The position numbers and the translations under genes are program-made. Shown in pieces: positions 9,159 to 16,873 of a DNA stretch of 64,000 nucleotides. This DNA is from Bordetella parapertussis (lineage in GTDB: Bacteria; Pseudomonadota; Gammaproteobacteria; Burkholderiales; SG8-39), in the NCBI GenBank assembly GCA_945892985.1, contig CAMDDU010000015.1:9017-73016 (forward strand). The letters run 5' to 3'. Positions within the stretch are counted from its first letter, which is position 1. Every line of letters starts with the position of its first letter. The notes beneath the pieces were generated by a model. That model was not told where the DNA came from. It saw only the letters and a program-made list of their open reading frames with translations, and did not search any database.

Positions 9159-9899
9159 TTAATCGGCGCCCCGGTCAAAACCGGACTGCAGCGCCGATGT
9201 GGGCCGCGGCAGGCAGGACCTCACCCCCGCCGCCACCGCCCGCGCGAAAGCGCGCCGCTGTGCCGGATCGGCCACCCGCAACTCCTCGTCGCGGTTGACA
9301 ATCACCCCCGCCTCGATCAGCAGCGCCGCCTGCTGCGCCGTCTTGAGCACCACCAGGTTGTCGTAATAATGCACGCCGTTGCGCCGGTCGGCATAAGGCT
9401 TCATTTCACCGGCGATACGCTCGGCATGATGCGGTGAATGGGCGAAGCCGCCCGATTGCAGCGCCGCGCCAATGCCCGATGCGCAGGCGAGGCTTTGCGC
9501 CTGCCGCGGATTTTTTCCCGATATGAACAGCGAATAGCCGGCGTAGCGGTCGCTGAACAGTCTCTGCACACCGCCATAATCCCAGGTCTGCAAAAAATGT
9601 GGCTGCACCGAATCGTGGTGTACCGACAGCAGTAAGGCCACCCCGCGCGCGGCGCGGCTGCGATCGCTCAGCCTTACCATGCCGCCGTCCCCGCCTATCA
9701 CCCTTGGCTGGAGCCCCTCACCTTGCAGCGCCGCAGCGATATCGCGCGCGAGGTCGAGGTTGAATTCAAATTCGGCGCGCCCTCGTGCGCTGGTCGCGCC
9801 CGGCGCGCCGGCATAGTGGCCGACATCAACGGCGACGGTCTGTGCGTCGGCCGGCGCGGCAACAAGGATCAACGCGAAAAAGGGGATGCGGTAGTGCAT
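9159..9899 (-). CDS. N-acetylmuramoyl-L-alanine amidase (Amidase_3)
   Basis: Start at MHYRIPFFALILVAAPADA (signal peptide). DVGH...SVHHDS...LIEAGVIVN motifs. The ORF-track extension to 9995 only translates the repeat element. Confidence 0.85.
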   Translation of the reverse strand: MHYRIPFFALILVAAPADAQTVAVDVGHYAGAPGATSARGRAEFEFNLDLARDIAAALQGEGLQPRVIGGDGGMVRLSDRSRAARGVALLLSVHHDSVQPHFLQTWDYGGVQRLFSDRYAGYSLFISGKNPRQAQSLACASGIGAALQSGGFAHSPHHAERIAGEMKPYADRRNGVHYYDNLVVLKTAQQAALLIEAGVIVNRDEELRVADPAQRRAFARAVAAGVRSCLPRPTSALQSGFDRGAD

Positions 9900-9910
9900 G
9901 GGACATTTTA

Positions 9911-10007
9911 GGGTGAATGGGAAATAGGAAAGGGTGAATCGGTAAAACCATACCCGAACCGGGCTCACCATTCCCCACCATTTCCCATTTCCCATTCACC
10001 ATTCACC
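9911..10007. repeat. hairpin element built from 7-bp repeats (AAATGGG / CCCATTT family)
   Basis: Left arm GGGTGAATGGGAAATAGGAAAGGGTGAAT. Right arm CACCATTCCCCACCATTTCCCATTTCCCATTCACCATTCACC. The arms are reverse complements of each other. Confidence 0.85.
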
Positions 10008-10021
10008 GCTCCCCTCCCCGC

Positions 10022-10027
10022 TATAAT
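10022..10027 (+). promoter_or_regulatory. candidate -10 box (TATAAT) for the MoxR-like gene
   Basis: Perfect TATAAT about 29 nt upstream of the ATG at 10056. No convincing -35 was seen. Confidence 0.3.
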
Positions 10028-10055
10028 GCCCGCTCCACTCCTTCCGGTATCCGTC

Positions 10056-10895
10056 ATGCGCTTCAACGGCTCAAGCACCTATGTTTCGACCGACGATCTC
10101 ACGCTCGCGGTCAACGCCGCCATCACGCTGGGGCGCCCTCTGCTCATCAAGGGCGAACCGGGGACAGGCAAGACCAAACTGGCCGAGGAAGTCGCCGCTT
10201 CGCTTGGCATGCCGCTGCTCGAATGGCACGTCAAATCAACCACCAAAGCGCAGCAAGGCCTGTACGAATACGATGCCGTGTCACGGCTGCGCGACTCGCA
10301 GCTTGGCGATCCGCGCGTCAAGGACATCGCCAATTACATCGTCAAGGGTACGCTGTGGCAGGCCTTCGCCGCCGACAAACCAGTGGTGCTGCTGATCGAC
10401 GAGGTCGACAAGGCCGACATCGAATTCCCCAACGACTTGCTGCGCGAACTCGACCGCATGGAGTTTTTCGTCTACGAAACGCGCGAACTGGTGAAGGCCA
10501 GGCACCGCCCCATCGTATTCATCACATCCAACAACGAAAAAGAGCTCCCGGATGCATTTTTACGCCGCTGCTTTTTCCATTACATCCGTTTTCCCGACAA
10601 GGATACGATGCAGCAAATCGTCGACGTACACTTCCCGGGCATCAAAAAGACCCTGCTACGCGAGGCGCTGGAGGTGTTTTTCGAAGTGCGCGAGGTGCCA
10701 GGCCTGAAGAAAAAGCCCTCCACTTCGGAACTGCTCGACTGGCTCAAGCTGCTGCTCGCCGAAGACATGCCGGCCGAGGCGCTGCGCTCCAAGGAGCGCA
10801 AGACCATCATCCCGCCGCTGCATGGCGCGCTGCTCAAGAACGAACAGGACGTGCACCTGTTTGAAAAGCTCTTGTTCATGACACGCAACCGGTGA
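10056..10895 (+). CDS. MoxR-family AAA+ ATPase
   Basis: Walker A GEPGTGKT, Walker B LLIDEVDKA, and the typical MoxR C-terminus. I prefer the ATG at 10056 (MRFNGSS) over 10026 because TATAAT sits at 10022. Confidence 0.85.
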   Translation: MRFNGSSTYVSTDDLTLAVNAAITLGRPLLIKGEPGTGKTKLAEEVAASLGMPLLEWHVKSTTKAQQGLYEYDAVSRLRDSQLGDPRVKDIANYIVKGTLWQAFAADKPVVLLIDEVDKADIEFPNDLLRELDRMEFFVYETRELVKARHRPIVFITSNNEKELPDAFLRRCFFHYIRFPDKDTMQQIVDVHFPGIKKTLLREALEVFFEVREVPGLKKKPSTSELLDWLKLLLAEDMPAEALRSKERKTIIPPLHGALLKNEQDVHLFEKLLFMTRNR

Positions 10896-11027
10896 ATGGT
10901 GGATAGGGAAATGGGGAATAGGAAATAGAAAATGGAAAAAGTCATCGCCGTTCGCGACGCCGTTCACCTTTCCCCATTTCCCATTTCCCATTTCCCATTC
11001 CCTATTCCCCATTCCCCATTTCCCATT
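10891..11027. repeat. 137-bp hairpin element built from 7-bp repeats, inside the MoxR-VWA gene pair
   Basis: Left arm GGTGAATGGTGGATAGGGAAATGGGGAATAGGAAATAGAAAATGG. Right arm TTTCCCCATTTCCCATTTCCCATTTCCCATTCCCTATTCCCCATTCCCCATTTCCCATT. Same unit family as 9911-10007. Confidence 0.9.
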
Positions 11028-11042
11028 AACTAGGCAGCTGTC

Positions 11043-12218
11043 GTGTTGATCGACTTTTTCCTCAAACTAAGATCGGCCAAGCTGCCGGTTTCAATCAAGG
11101 AATATCTCACCCTTGTGGAAGGCCTGCAAAAGCACGTCATCGGCCCCTCGCTGGACGAGTTTTATTATTTTTCGCGTTTGGCGCTGGTCAAGGACGAGTC
11201 ACACTTCGACAAATTCGACCGCGCCTTCGGCGAGTATTTCCGCAGTGCCGAACTGGCCACCGGTGACACCCCCGAGATCCCGCTCGAGTGGTTGCTGAAA
11301 CAGGCGGAGCTCACGCTGTCGGCCGAGGAAAAAGCCCTGATCGAGGCCATGGGCGGCTGGGAAAAACTGATGGAGACATTGAAAAAACGTCTCGAGGAAC
11401 AAAAGGAGCGCCATCAAGGCGGCAGCAAATGGATAGGCACGGCCGGCACCTCGCCCTTCGGTGCCTACGGCTACAACCCCGAGGGCGTGCGCATAGGCCA
11501 GAAGGAATCGCGCAATCGCAGCGCAGTCAAGGTCTGGGACCAGCGCGAATACAGCAACCTTGACGACAGCGTGGAGCTCGGAACGCGCAACATCAAGGTG
11601 GCCTTGCGTCGGCTGCGCAAGTTCGCGCGCGAGGGCTCGCCCGACGAACTGGACCTCGACTCCACCATAGACCGCACCGCACGCAACGCCGGCTGGCTGG
11701 ACCTCGCCATGCGGCCGGAGCGCCACAACGCCGTCAAGGTGCTGCTGTTCCTCGATATCGGCGGATCGATGGACGACCACGTCAAGCTATGCGAGGAAAT
11801 GTTCTCCGCCGCCAAGAGCGAGTTCAAACACCTCGAGTATTTTTACTTCCACAACTGCCTCTACGACTATGTGTGGAAGGAAAACCGCCGCCGTCACACC
11901 GAACGCATCCGCACCCGGGACATCTTGCACAAGTATGGCAATGACTACAAACTGATTTTCGTCGGCGACGCAACCATGAGCCCCTACGAAATCCTGCAAC
12001 CGGGCGGCTCGGTCGAATACAGCAACGATGAGGCCGGCGCGGCATGGATGCAGCGCATGCTCAAGGTCTATTCAAAAGCGGCATGGATCAATCCCGAGCC
12101 CGAGGAGATCTGGGGCTACCGGCAATCGATTGGGGTGCTGCGCGAAATCATGGGCGGGCGCATGTTCCCCGCGACCATCAACGGCCTTGAGCGCTGCATG
12201 CGCTCGTTGACAAAATAG
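11043..12218 (+). CDS. VWA domain protein, CoxE-like (MoxR partner)
   Basis: 391 aa, GTG start. N-terminus MLIDFFLKLRSAKLPVS is typical of CoxE-like VWA proteins. MIDAS-like DIGGSM. Confidence 0.85.
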   Translation: MLIDFFLKLRSAKLPVSIKEYLTLVEGLQKHVIGPSLDEFYYFSRLALVKDESHFDKFDRAFGEYFRSAELATGDTPEIPLEWLLKQAELTLSAEEKALIEAMGGWEKLMETLKKRLEEQKERHQGGSKWIGTAGTSPFGAYGYNPEGVRIGQKESRNRSAVKVWDQREYSNLDDSVELGTRNIKVALRRLRKFAREGSPDELDLDSTIDRTARNAGWLDLAMRPERHNAVKVLLFLDIGGSMDDHVKLCEEMFSAAKSEFKHLEYFYFHNCLYDYVWKENRRRHTERIRTRDILHKYGNDYKLIFVGDATMSPYEILQPGGSVEYSNDEAGAAWMQRMLKVYSKAAWINPEPEEIWGYRQSIGVLREIMGGRMFPATINGLERCMRSLTK

Positions 12219-12234
12219 CGAGCGGACATGCCTT

Positions 12235-12440
12235 AGCAGGTCCCCTCCCCCTTGGCGGGGCGAAGCCGGGGTTTCGCGGAGCATGCCCCGCGCCGGCTGA
12301 GCGGTATCGGCCTACCGGCCGATACGCGCCCTGCAAGGGAGGGACAGGGAGAGGGGGAATCGTCGCAATTTATACTAACGCCAATTCAGCCCACGTTCAC
12401 CCTCTCCCCAACCCTCCCCCGTCAAGGGGGAGGGAGTACT
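12235..12440. repeat. REP-like GC-rich hairpin elements (two units)
   Basis: First unit: AGCAGGTCCCCTCCCCC ... GGGAGGGACAGGGAGAGGGGG, with an inner hairpin GTATCGGCC-TACC-GGCCGATAC. Second unit: TTCACCCTCTCCCCAACCCTCCCCC-GTCAA-GGGGGAGGG (perfect 9-bp stem). Confidence 0.85.
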
Positions 12441-12491
12441 CAGGTTTGCTCATCCATGTCGCGCTTTTACAAATGCGCGTAAGCGAAATCC

Positions 12492-14288
12492 CTATTCCAT
12501 CTGTACCGGCGGCGCCACCTTGACGATTTCCTCGAAGGTGGTGAGACCGGCCGCCACCTTGGCCGCGCCGCTGATGCGCAAGGGCTTCATGCCCTCTTTG
12601 TAGGCCTGCTCGCGTATCTGCGCCAGATCCGCACCGTTGTGGATGATTTTTTTCACCGCGGGCGAGAGCAACAGAATCTCGTAAATACCGACGCGGCCCT
12701 GGTAGCCGGTGTTGCGGCACTCCAGGCAACCGACCGGTTTGCAGATGTGTGTCGGACGTTTGGCTTTCCACGGTGCCACCAGGTCATCCCATGAAATATC
12801 TTCAGCACGGCCGCCCTCGTCATAGACCACCTTCTGCTTGCAGTGCTTGCACAACGTACGCACCAGGCGTTGCGCCATCACCCCGAGGATGGTCGAGTTG
12901 AGCAGGTAGGGCGGCACACCCAGGTCGAGCAAACGCGTAATCGCGGCGGCCGCATCGTTGGTATGCAGCGTGGAGAGCACCAGGTGACCGGTCAGCGCCG
13001 CCTGCACCGCCATCTCGGCGGTCTCCAGATCGCGGATCTCGCCGACCATGATGATGTCGGGGTCCTGGCGCATGAGCGCGCGCACGCCGTCGGCAAAACC
13101 CAGGTCTATGCCGTGCGTCACCTGCATCTGGTTGAACGCCGGTTCGACCATTTCGATCGGATCTTCTATGGTGCAGACGTTGACCTCGGGCACCGCCAGG
13201 GTCTTCAGCGTCGAATAAAGCGTGGTGGTCTTGCCCGAACCGGTGGGACCGGTCACCAGGATGATGCCGTGCGGCGCGGCGGTCATCTTGCCCCAGCGCA
13301 GCTTGTCATCGTCGGAGAATCCCAGTGCGGCAAAATCCTTGACGATGACCTCGGGGTCGAACACCCGCATCACCAGTTTTTCGCCAAAGGCGGTCGGCAT
13401 GGTCGACAGGCGCAACTCGACTTCCTGCCCGTCGGTGGTGCGCGTCTTGATGCGGCCGTCCTGCGGGCGGCGTTTTTCCACCACATCCATACGGCCAAGA
13501 ATCTTGATACGGCTGGTCATGGCGGCCATCACCGCCGCCGGAATCTGGTAGACCGGATGCAGCACACCGTCGATGCGAAAGCGCACCTCACCGACATCGC
13601 GCCGCGGCTCCATGTGAATGTCGCTGGCGCGCTGGTCAAAGGCGTATTGCCACAGCCAGTCGACAACATGCACGATGTGCTGGTCGTTGGCGTCGAACTG
13701 CTTTTCCTTGCCCATCTCGACCAGCTGTTCGAAATTGCCTATGCCCGAACGGCCGTCGCCCTTGTTCACCGCGCCCTTGATCGACTTGGCGAGGTTGTAA
13801 AACTCCACCTGATAGCGCGCGATATCGTCCGGATTGGCGATGACGCGGCGGATATCGAGGCGCAGGATCTGCTTGAGCTCCTTCTCCCACTCCTTGACAT
13901 AGGGCTGGCAGGTCGCGATCACCGCCTCGCGTGTGTTCACCTCGACCGGCAGGATCTTAAAGCGCGCGGCGTAGGCGTTGGACATCACCGTGGTGACGGC
14001 GGAAAAATTTATTTTGAGCGGATCGATATGAAAATAAGTCTGCCCCACCCTGCCGGCGAGCCACTCGGTCAGCCACTCCAGGTGCATCACCTTGCCCGGC
14101 GGCTTGGGCGACTGCCACTTCATGTCGGCAATGAGATTGAGCGGGTGATAGTCGCCACGGTGCATGCGCCGCTCGGCAATGAGCTTGTCGGCCTCGGCGC
14201 GCCCGACAAAGCCGTCGTCCACCAAGCCGGCGAGGACCTCGCTGAGAGTCAGCCGGTGTTCGTCCACAGATTCGACGGCAAGCTTCAA
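12492..14288 (-). CDS. GspE/PilB-family secretion ATPase (orphan)
   Basis: 598 aa. Walker A GPTGSGKTTT, the Asp and His boxes, and the tetracysteine CKHC...CLEC motif. N-terminal T2SSE_N-like region. Confidence 0.9.
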   Translation of the reverse strand: MKLAVESVDEHRLTLSEVLAGLVDDGFVGRAEADKLIAERRMHRGDYHPLNLIADMKWQSPKPPGKVMHLEWLTEWLAGRVGQTYFHIDPLKINFSAVTTVMSNAYAARFKILPVEVNTREAVIATCQPYVKEWEKELKQILRLDIRRVIANPDDIARYQVEFYNLAKSIKGAVNKGDGRSGIGNFEQLVEMGKEKQFDANDQHIVHVVDWLWQYAFDQRASDIHMEPRRDVGEVRFRIDGVLHPVYQIPAAVMAAMTSRIKILGRMDVVEKRRPQDGRIKTRTTDGQEVELRLSTMPTAFGEKLVMRVFDPEVIVKDFAALGFSDDDKLRWGKMTAAPHGIILVTGPTGSGKTTTLYSTLKTLAVPEVNVCTIEDPIEMVEPAFNQMQVTHGIDLGFADGVRALMRQDPDIIMVGEIRDLETAEMAVQAALTGHLVLSTLHTNDAAAAITRLLDLGVPPYLLNSTILGVMAQRLVRTLCKHCKQKVVYDEGGRAEDISWDDLVAPWKAKRPTHICKPVGCLECRNTGYQGRVGIYEILLLSPAVKKIIHNGADLAQIREQAYKEGMKPLRISGAAKVAAGLTTFEEIVKVAPPVQME

Positions 14289-14506
14289 GTCATTCCCCTG
14301 TTATGAGTGTGGAATATAGCCGCCCTCGCCTCTGGCAGCAAGCAAGGCCGCCACGCTTTGCGCTCGCATTGCACGCGGATAGACTTTACATCTTTACATT
14401 AGTCCGCACCTGCGCCATCCTTTGCCCCTGCCGTTTTACGGCTGCCGCTTTTACTTGTATTACCCCCATATTTTTACCACTTTTTAAACACTCAATTGGA
14501 GTCACC

Positions 14507-15013
14507 ATGACCATCAAAGCCGGAGAAACCTTGCCCGCAGGCAAGCTGACCGAAGCCCTCGAATTCGACGAAGTCGCGGGTTGCCCCCTCAACCCCAAGG
14601 AAGTCGACGTCAGCGAAGCGACCAAGGGCAAGAAGATCGTCATATTCGGCCTGCCCGGCGCCTACACCCCGACCTGCTCAGCCAAGCATGTGCCCGGCTA
14701 TGTGGCCAACTACGACAAGCTCCTCGCCAAGGGCGTGAGCGAAATCTGGTGCGTCGCCGTGAATGACGCTTTCGTCATGGGCGCCTGGGGCCGCCAGCAA
14801 AAAGCCGGCGCCAAGGTACGCATGATGGGCGACGGCAGTGCCGTTTTCGCCAAGGCACTCGGCCTGGAACTCGACCTGACCGCCCGCGGCATGGGCATGC
14901 GCATGAATCGCTTTGCCATGATCGTTGACAACGGCGTGGTCAAGCACATCGCCGTCGAAGGCCCGGGCAAATTTGAAGTATCGAATGCAGAGTCGATTCT
15001 GGAAAAGCTGTAA
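14507..15013 (+). CDS. peroxiredoxin, Prx5 subfamily
   Basis: Start at MTIKAGETLPAG after GGAG. Peroxidatic motif PGAYTPTCS. The ORF-track start at 14303 adds a non-homologous leader. Confidence 0.9.
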   Translation: MTIKAGETLPAGKLTEALEFDEVAGCPLNPKEVDVSEATKGKKIVIFGLPGAYTPTCSAKHVPGYVANYDKLLAKGVSEIWCVAVNDAFVMGAWGRQQKAGAKVRMMGDGSAVFAKALGLELDLTARGMGMRMNRFAMIVDNGVVKHIAVEGPGKFEVSNAESILEKL

Positions 15014-15034
15014 GAGACAATCCGTAGGCGAATA

Positions 15035-15070
15035 AGCAGGTCCCCTCCCCCGTCAATGGAGAGGGAGTAC
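15035..15070. repeat. REP-like hairpin unit
   Basis: AGCAGGTCCCCTCCCCCGTCAATGGAGAGGGAGTAC. Same left end as 12235 and same GTCAA loop as 12421 and 16767. Confidence 0.75.
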
Positions 15071-15101
15071 CACGCAAAAATCATCAGCATTGCAGAACAA
15101 C

Positions 15102-15138
15102 AGGCTGGAAACCCGCGCCAGATGCGGGTTTCCAGCCT
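15102..15138. terminator. rho-independent terminator between convergent prx and HDAC-like genes
   Basis: AGGCTGGAAACCCGC-GCCAGAT-GCGGGTTTCCAGCCT (15-bp perfect stem), followed by TTTCTTT. Confidence 0.8.
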
Positions 15139-15143
15139 TTTCT

Positions 15144-16040
15144 TTAGCCGCGTGCAAACCACGCCGCCGTTTCCAGCGTGTGGTAATTGATGTCTATGGT
15201 GTCCTCGATGTCGCGCGCATAGCCACCGGCCATGCTCACCGCCACCGCCAGGCCGGCCCGCGCGCAGGCTTCGAACACCAAGCGATCGCGGTTCAGCAGC
15301 CCCTGTTTGGTCAGCGCCAGCCGCCCCAAGCGATCGTCGATATACGGATCGGCCCCGGCAAGATAAATCACCAGATCCGCACCAGCCCGTTCCATCGCCA
15401 GCTTAAGCCCCGGTTCGAGCAAATCCAGATAGGCGCGATCGCCGGTGTCATCGGGCAGTTCGATATCGAGGTCGCCCGCCTCCTTCGCAAACGGATAGTT
15501 ATTGGCGCCGTGGATGGAGAAGGTGAACACCGAATCGTCGCCACGAAATATCGCCGCCGTGCCGTTGCCCTGGTGCACATCGCAATCGATGACCAGCACG
15601 CGCTTCACCAGCCCCTCTTGCTGCAACACCCTTGCCGCCACCGCGCTGTCGTTGAACACGCAAAAACCCTCGCCGCGATCGCGAAAGGCGTGATGGGTGC
15701 CGCCGGCAAGATTGGCCGCCGTACCCTCGTTCAAGGCCGCACGCGCCGCCGCCAAAGTCGCCCCCGAGGAGCGACGCGAGCGCTCGACCATCTGCTCCGA
15801 CCAGGGAAAGCCGATGGCGCGCATTTCCCCTGCGCTCAATGTGCCGTACTTGACCTTGTCGAGATAGGCCGGATCGTGGACCAGCGAAAGTTGCGCGTCC
15901 GTTACCGCATCCGGTACCCGGCAATCGGCCCCCAAAGCGCTGCCCAGCACCCGCTCGCGCAGGCGGGCGTACTTGGGCATGGGAAAGCGGTGTCCCGTCG
16001 GCAGCGGCAGGACGAAGTGGTCAGAGTAGAAGATTTGCAT
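15144..16040 (-). CDS. histone deacetylase-family (HDAC/AcuC-like) deacetylase
   Basis: Start at MQIFYSDHF. GGTHHA, DCDVHQGNG and GADPY motifs. The extension to 16319 runs into repeat DNA. Confidence 0.9.
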   Translation of the reverse strand: MQIFYSDHFVLPLPTGHRFPMPKYARLRERVLGSALGADCRVPDAVTDAQLSLVHDPAYLDKVKYGTLSAGEMRAIGFPWSEQMVERSRRSSGATLAAARAALNEGTAANLAGGTHHAFRDRGEGFCVFNDSAVAARVLQQEGLVKRVLVIDCDVHQGNGTAAIFRGDDSVFTFSIHGANNYPFAKEAGDLDIELPDDTGDRAYLDLLEPGLKLAMERAGADLVIYLAGADPYIDDRLGRLALTKQGLLNRDRLVFEACARAGLAVAVSMAGGYARDIEDTIDINYHTLETAAWFARG

Positions 16041-16120
16041 GCGGATTATTGTATGGGAACACTGCGCGATGGTTTCTCTTGCCTGCGGGGAGCGGGGTCT
16101 TTCCTTTCTCTTAAGAGTCA

Positions 16121-16655
16121 TGTTTCGTCCCCCTGCGGGGGGCGACTTACTTTCTTTGCTTGTGCAAAGAAAGTAAGCAAAGAAAACACACCCCCGATAC
16201 CGCCCCTTCGGGGTGCCCTGCGCTACTCGGCAAAGCGGGCCGGTCCCTGAACTCGCCCCTGCGGGGCTCAGACAACGGGACCGGACATCCCCCGCTTCGC
16301 CTGCGTTGCTCGGCGGCATCGCAGGGGCCCCGAAGTCAAAAACAAAGTCAAAAACCCAAACAGCGCAACGCGACGGCTATCGCGTTCATGCTGTTTTGCT
16401 GTTGACTTGCCTTCCCGTAGGGGACACCGAGAAGCACAGCGTCCTCGGGGGCCTTCCGGTCCCGCATGTCTGAGCCCCACAGCCCTATCGTGGGGCGAGT
16501 TCGGGACCGGCCCGAGGAGGCGAGCATCGCAGGGCAGCCCCCGCCACCTCTATTGGAAGACTGTGACGCCCCCAGTCGGGGGCCGTCACCTCCGGGTCGC
16601 CTTTTCTTGGTTACTTCTTTTGGCGAAGCAAAAGAAGTAACTCGCCCCTGCAAAG
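16121..16655. repeat. ~540-bp compound imperfect palindrome (two diverged ~230-bp units in inverted orientation)
   Basis: Each arm carries a 13-bp perfect hairpin: TTACTTTCTTTGC-TTGT-GCAAAGAAAGTAA at 16147-16176, and GTTACTTCTTTTG-GCGAAG-CAAAAGAAGTAAC at 16602-16633. Shared blocks include GGCCGGTCCC(T/G)GAACTCGCCCC and GGGGCTCAGACA. Central hairpin at 16358-16396. Confidence 0.85.
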
Positions 16656-16748
16656 GGCGAAACCTCCCAACTGCAAAATTACGACACCAAACTCACAGAG
16701 AAGAAATCGACTAGTCGCGAGTGCAATGCCTAGTCACGTCACGTGGCA

Positions 16749-16779
16749 TTCACCCTCTCCTCTCCCGTCAAGGGAGGGG
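16749..16779. repeat. REP-like hairpin unit
   Basis: TTCACCCTCTCCTCTCCC-GTCAA-GGGAGGGG. Same family as 12396-12440. Confidence 0.75.
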
Positions 16780-16814
16780 CGCAACCCGGGCGACGGCACC
16801 GCAAGGTGCATCGA

Positions 16815-16845
16815 CTGGAAATGCCCGCCTGGCGGGGCTTTCCAG
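16815..16845. terminator. hairpin downstream of htpG
   Basis: CTGGAAATGCCCGCC-T-GGCGGGGCTTTCCAG (two internal mismatches), about 30 nt after the htpG stop. Sequence-related to the 15102 terminator. Confidence 0.5.
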
Positions 16846-16873
16846 CCTATACCCCTGTAGCCGCCAGCCCCGC

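Noticed and set aside
9900-9995. ORF-track start of the amidase gene at 9995 (MGNGKWWG...).
   Set aside because: The extra 32 codons translate the repeat hairpin. The ATG at 9899 gives a normal signal peptide.
10026-10055. Earlier start for the MoxR-like ATPase.
   Set aside because: A perfect TATAAT box occupies 10022-10027, so the mRNA probably starts downstream of 10026. The ATG at 10056 is preferred, but not with certainty.
12843-14306. 487-aa plus-strand ORF antisense to the GspE-type ATPase gene. Similar long antisense ORFs occur at 292..1194, 509..1681, 15090..16250, 20429..21319, 36374..37855, 38374..39435 and 60989..61972.
   Set aside because: They are Arg/Ala/Gly/His-rich low-complexity translations with no recognisable motifs. 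In each case the opposite strand encodes a protein with clear family signatures. This is the usual high-GC artefact of open antisense frames.
16121-16655. Calling the compound palindrome an IS element or MITE.
   Set aside because: There is no transposase, and I could not identify terminal inverted repeats with flanking target-site duplications. It is kept as a repeat of unknown nature.
16041-16873. Protein-coding genes in the 830-bp gap (ORFs 16160..16405, 16213..16473, 16348..16653, 16466..16714, 16721..17572).
   Set aside because: All lie on the palindromic repeat or REP unit, mirror each other on both strands, and have Pro/Arg/Gly-rich composition. I also looked for tRNA-like or other known RNA-gene signatures and saw none.
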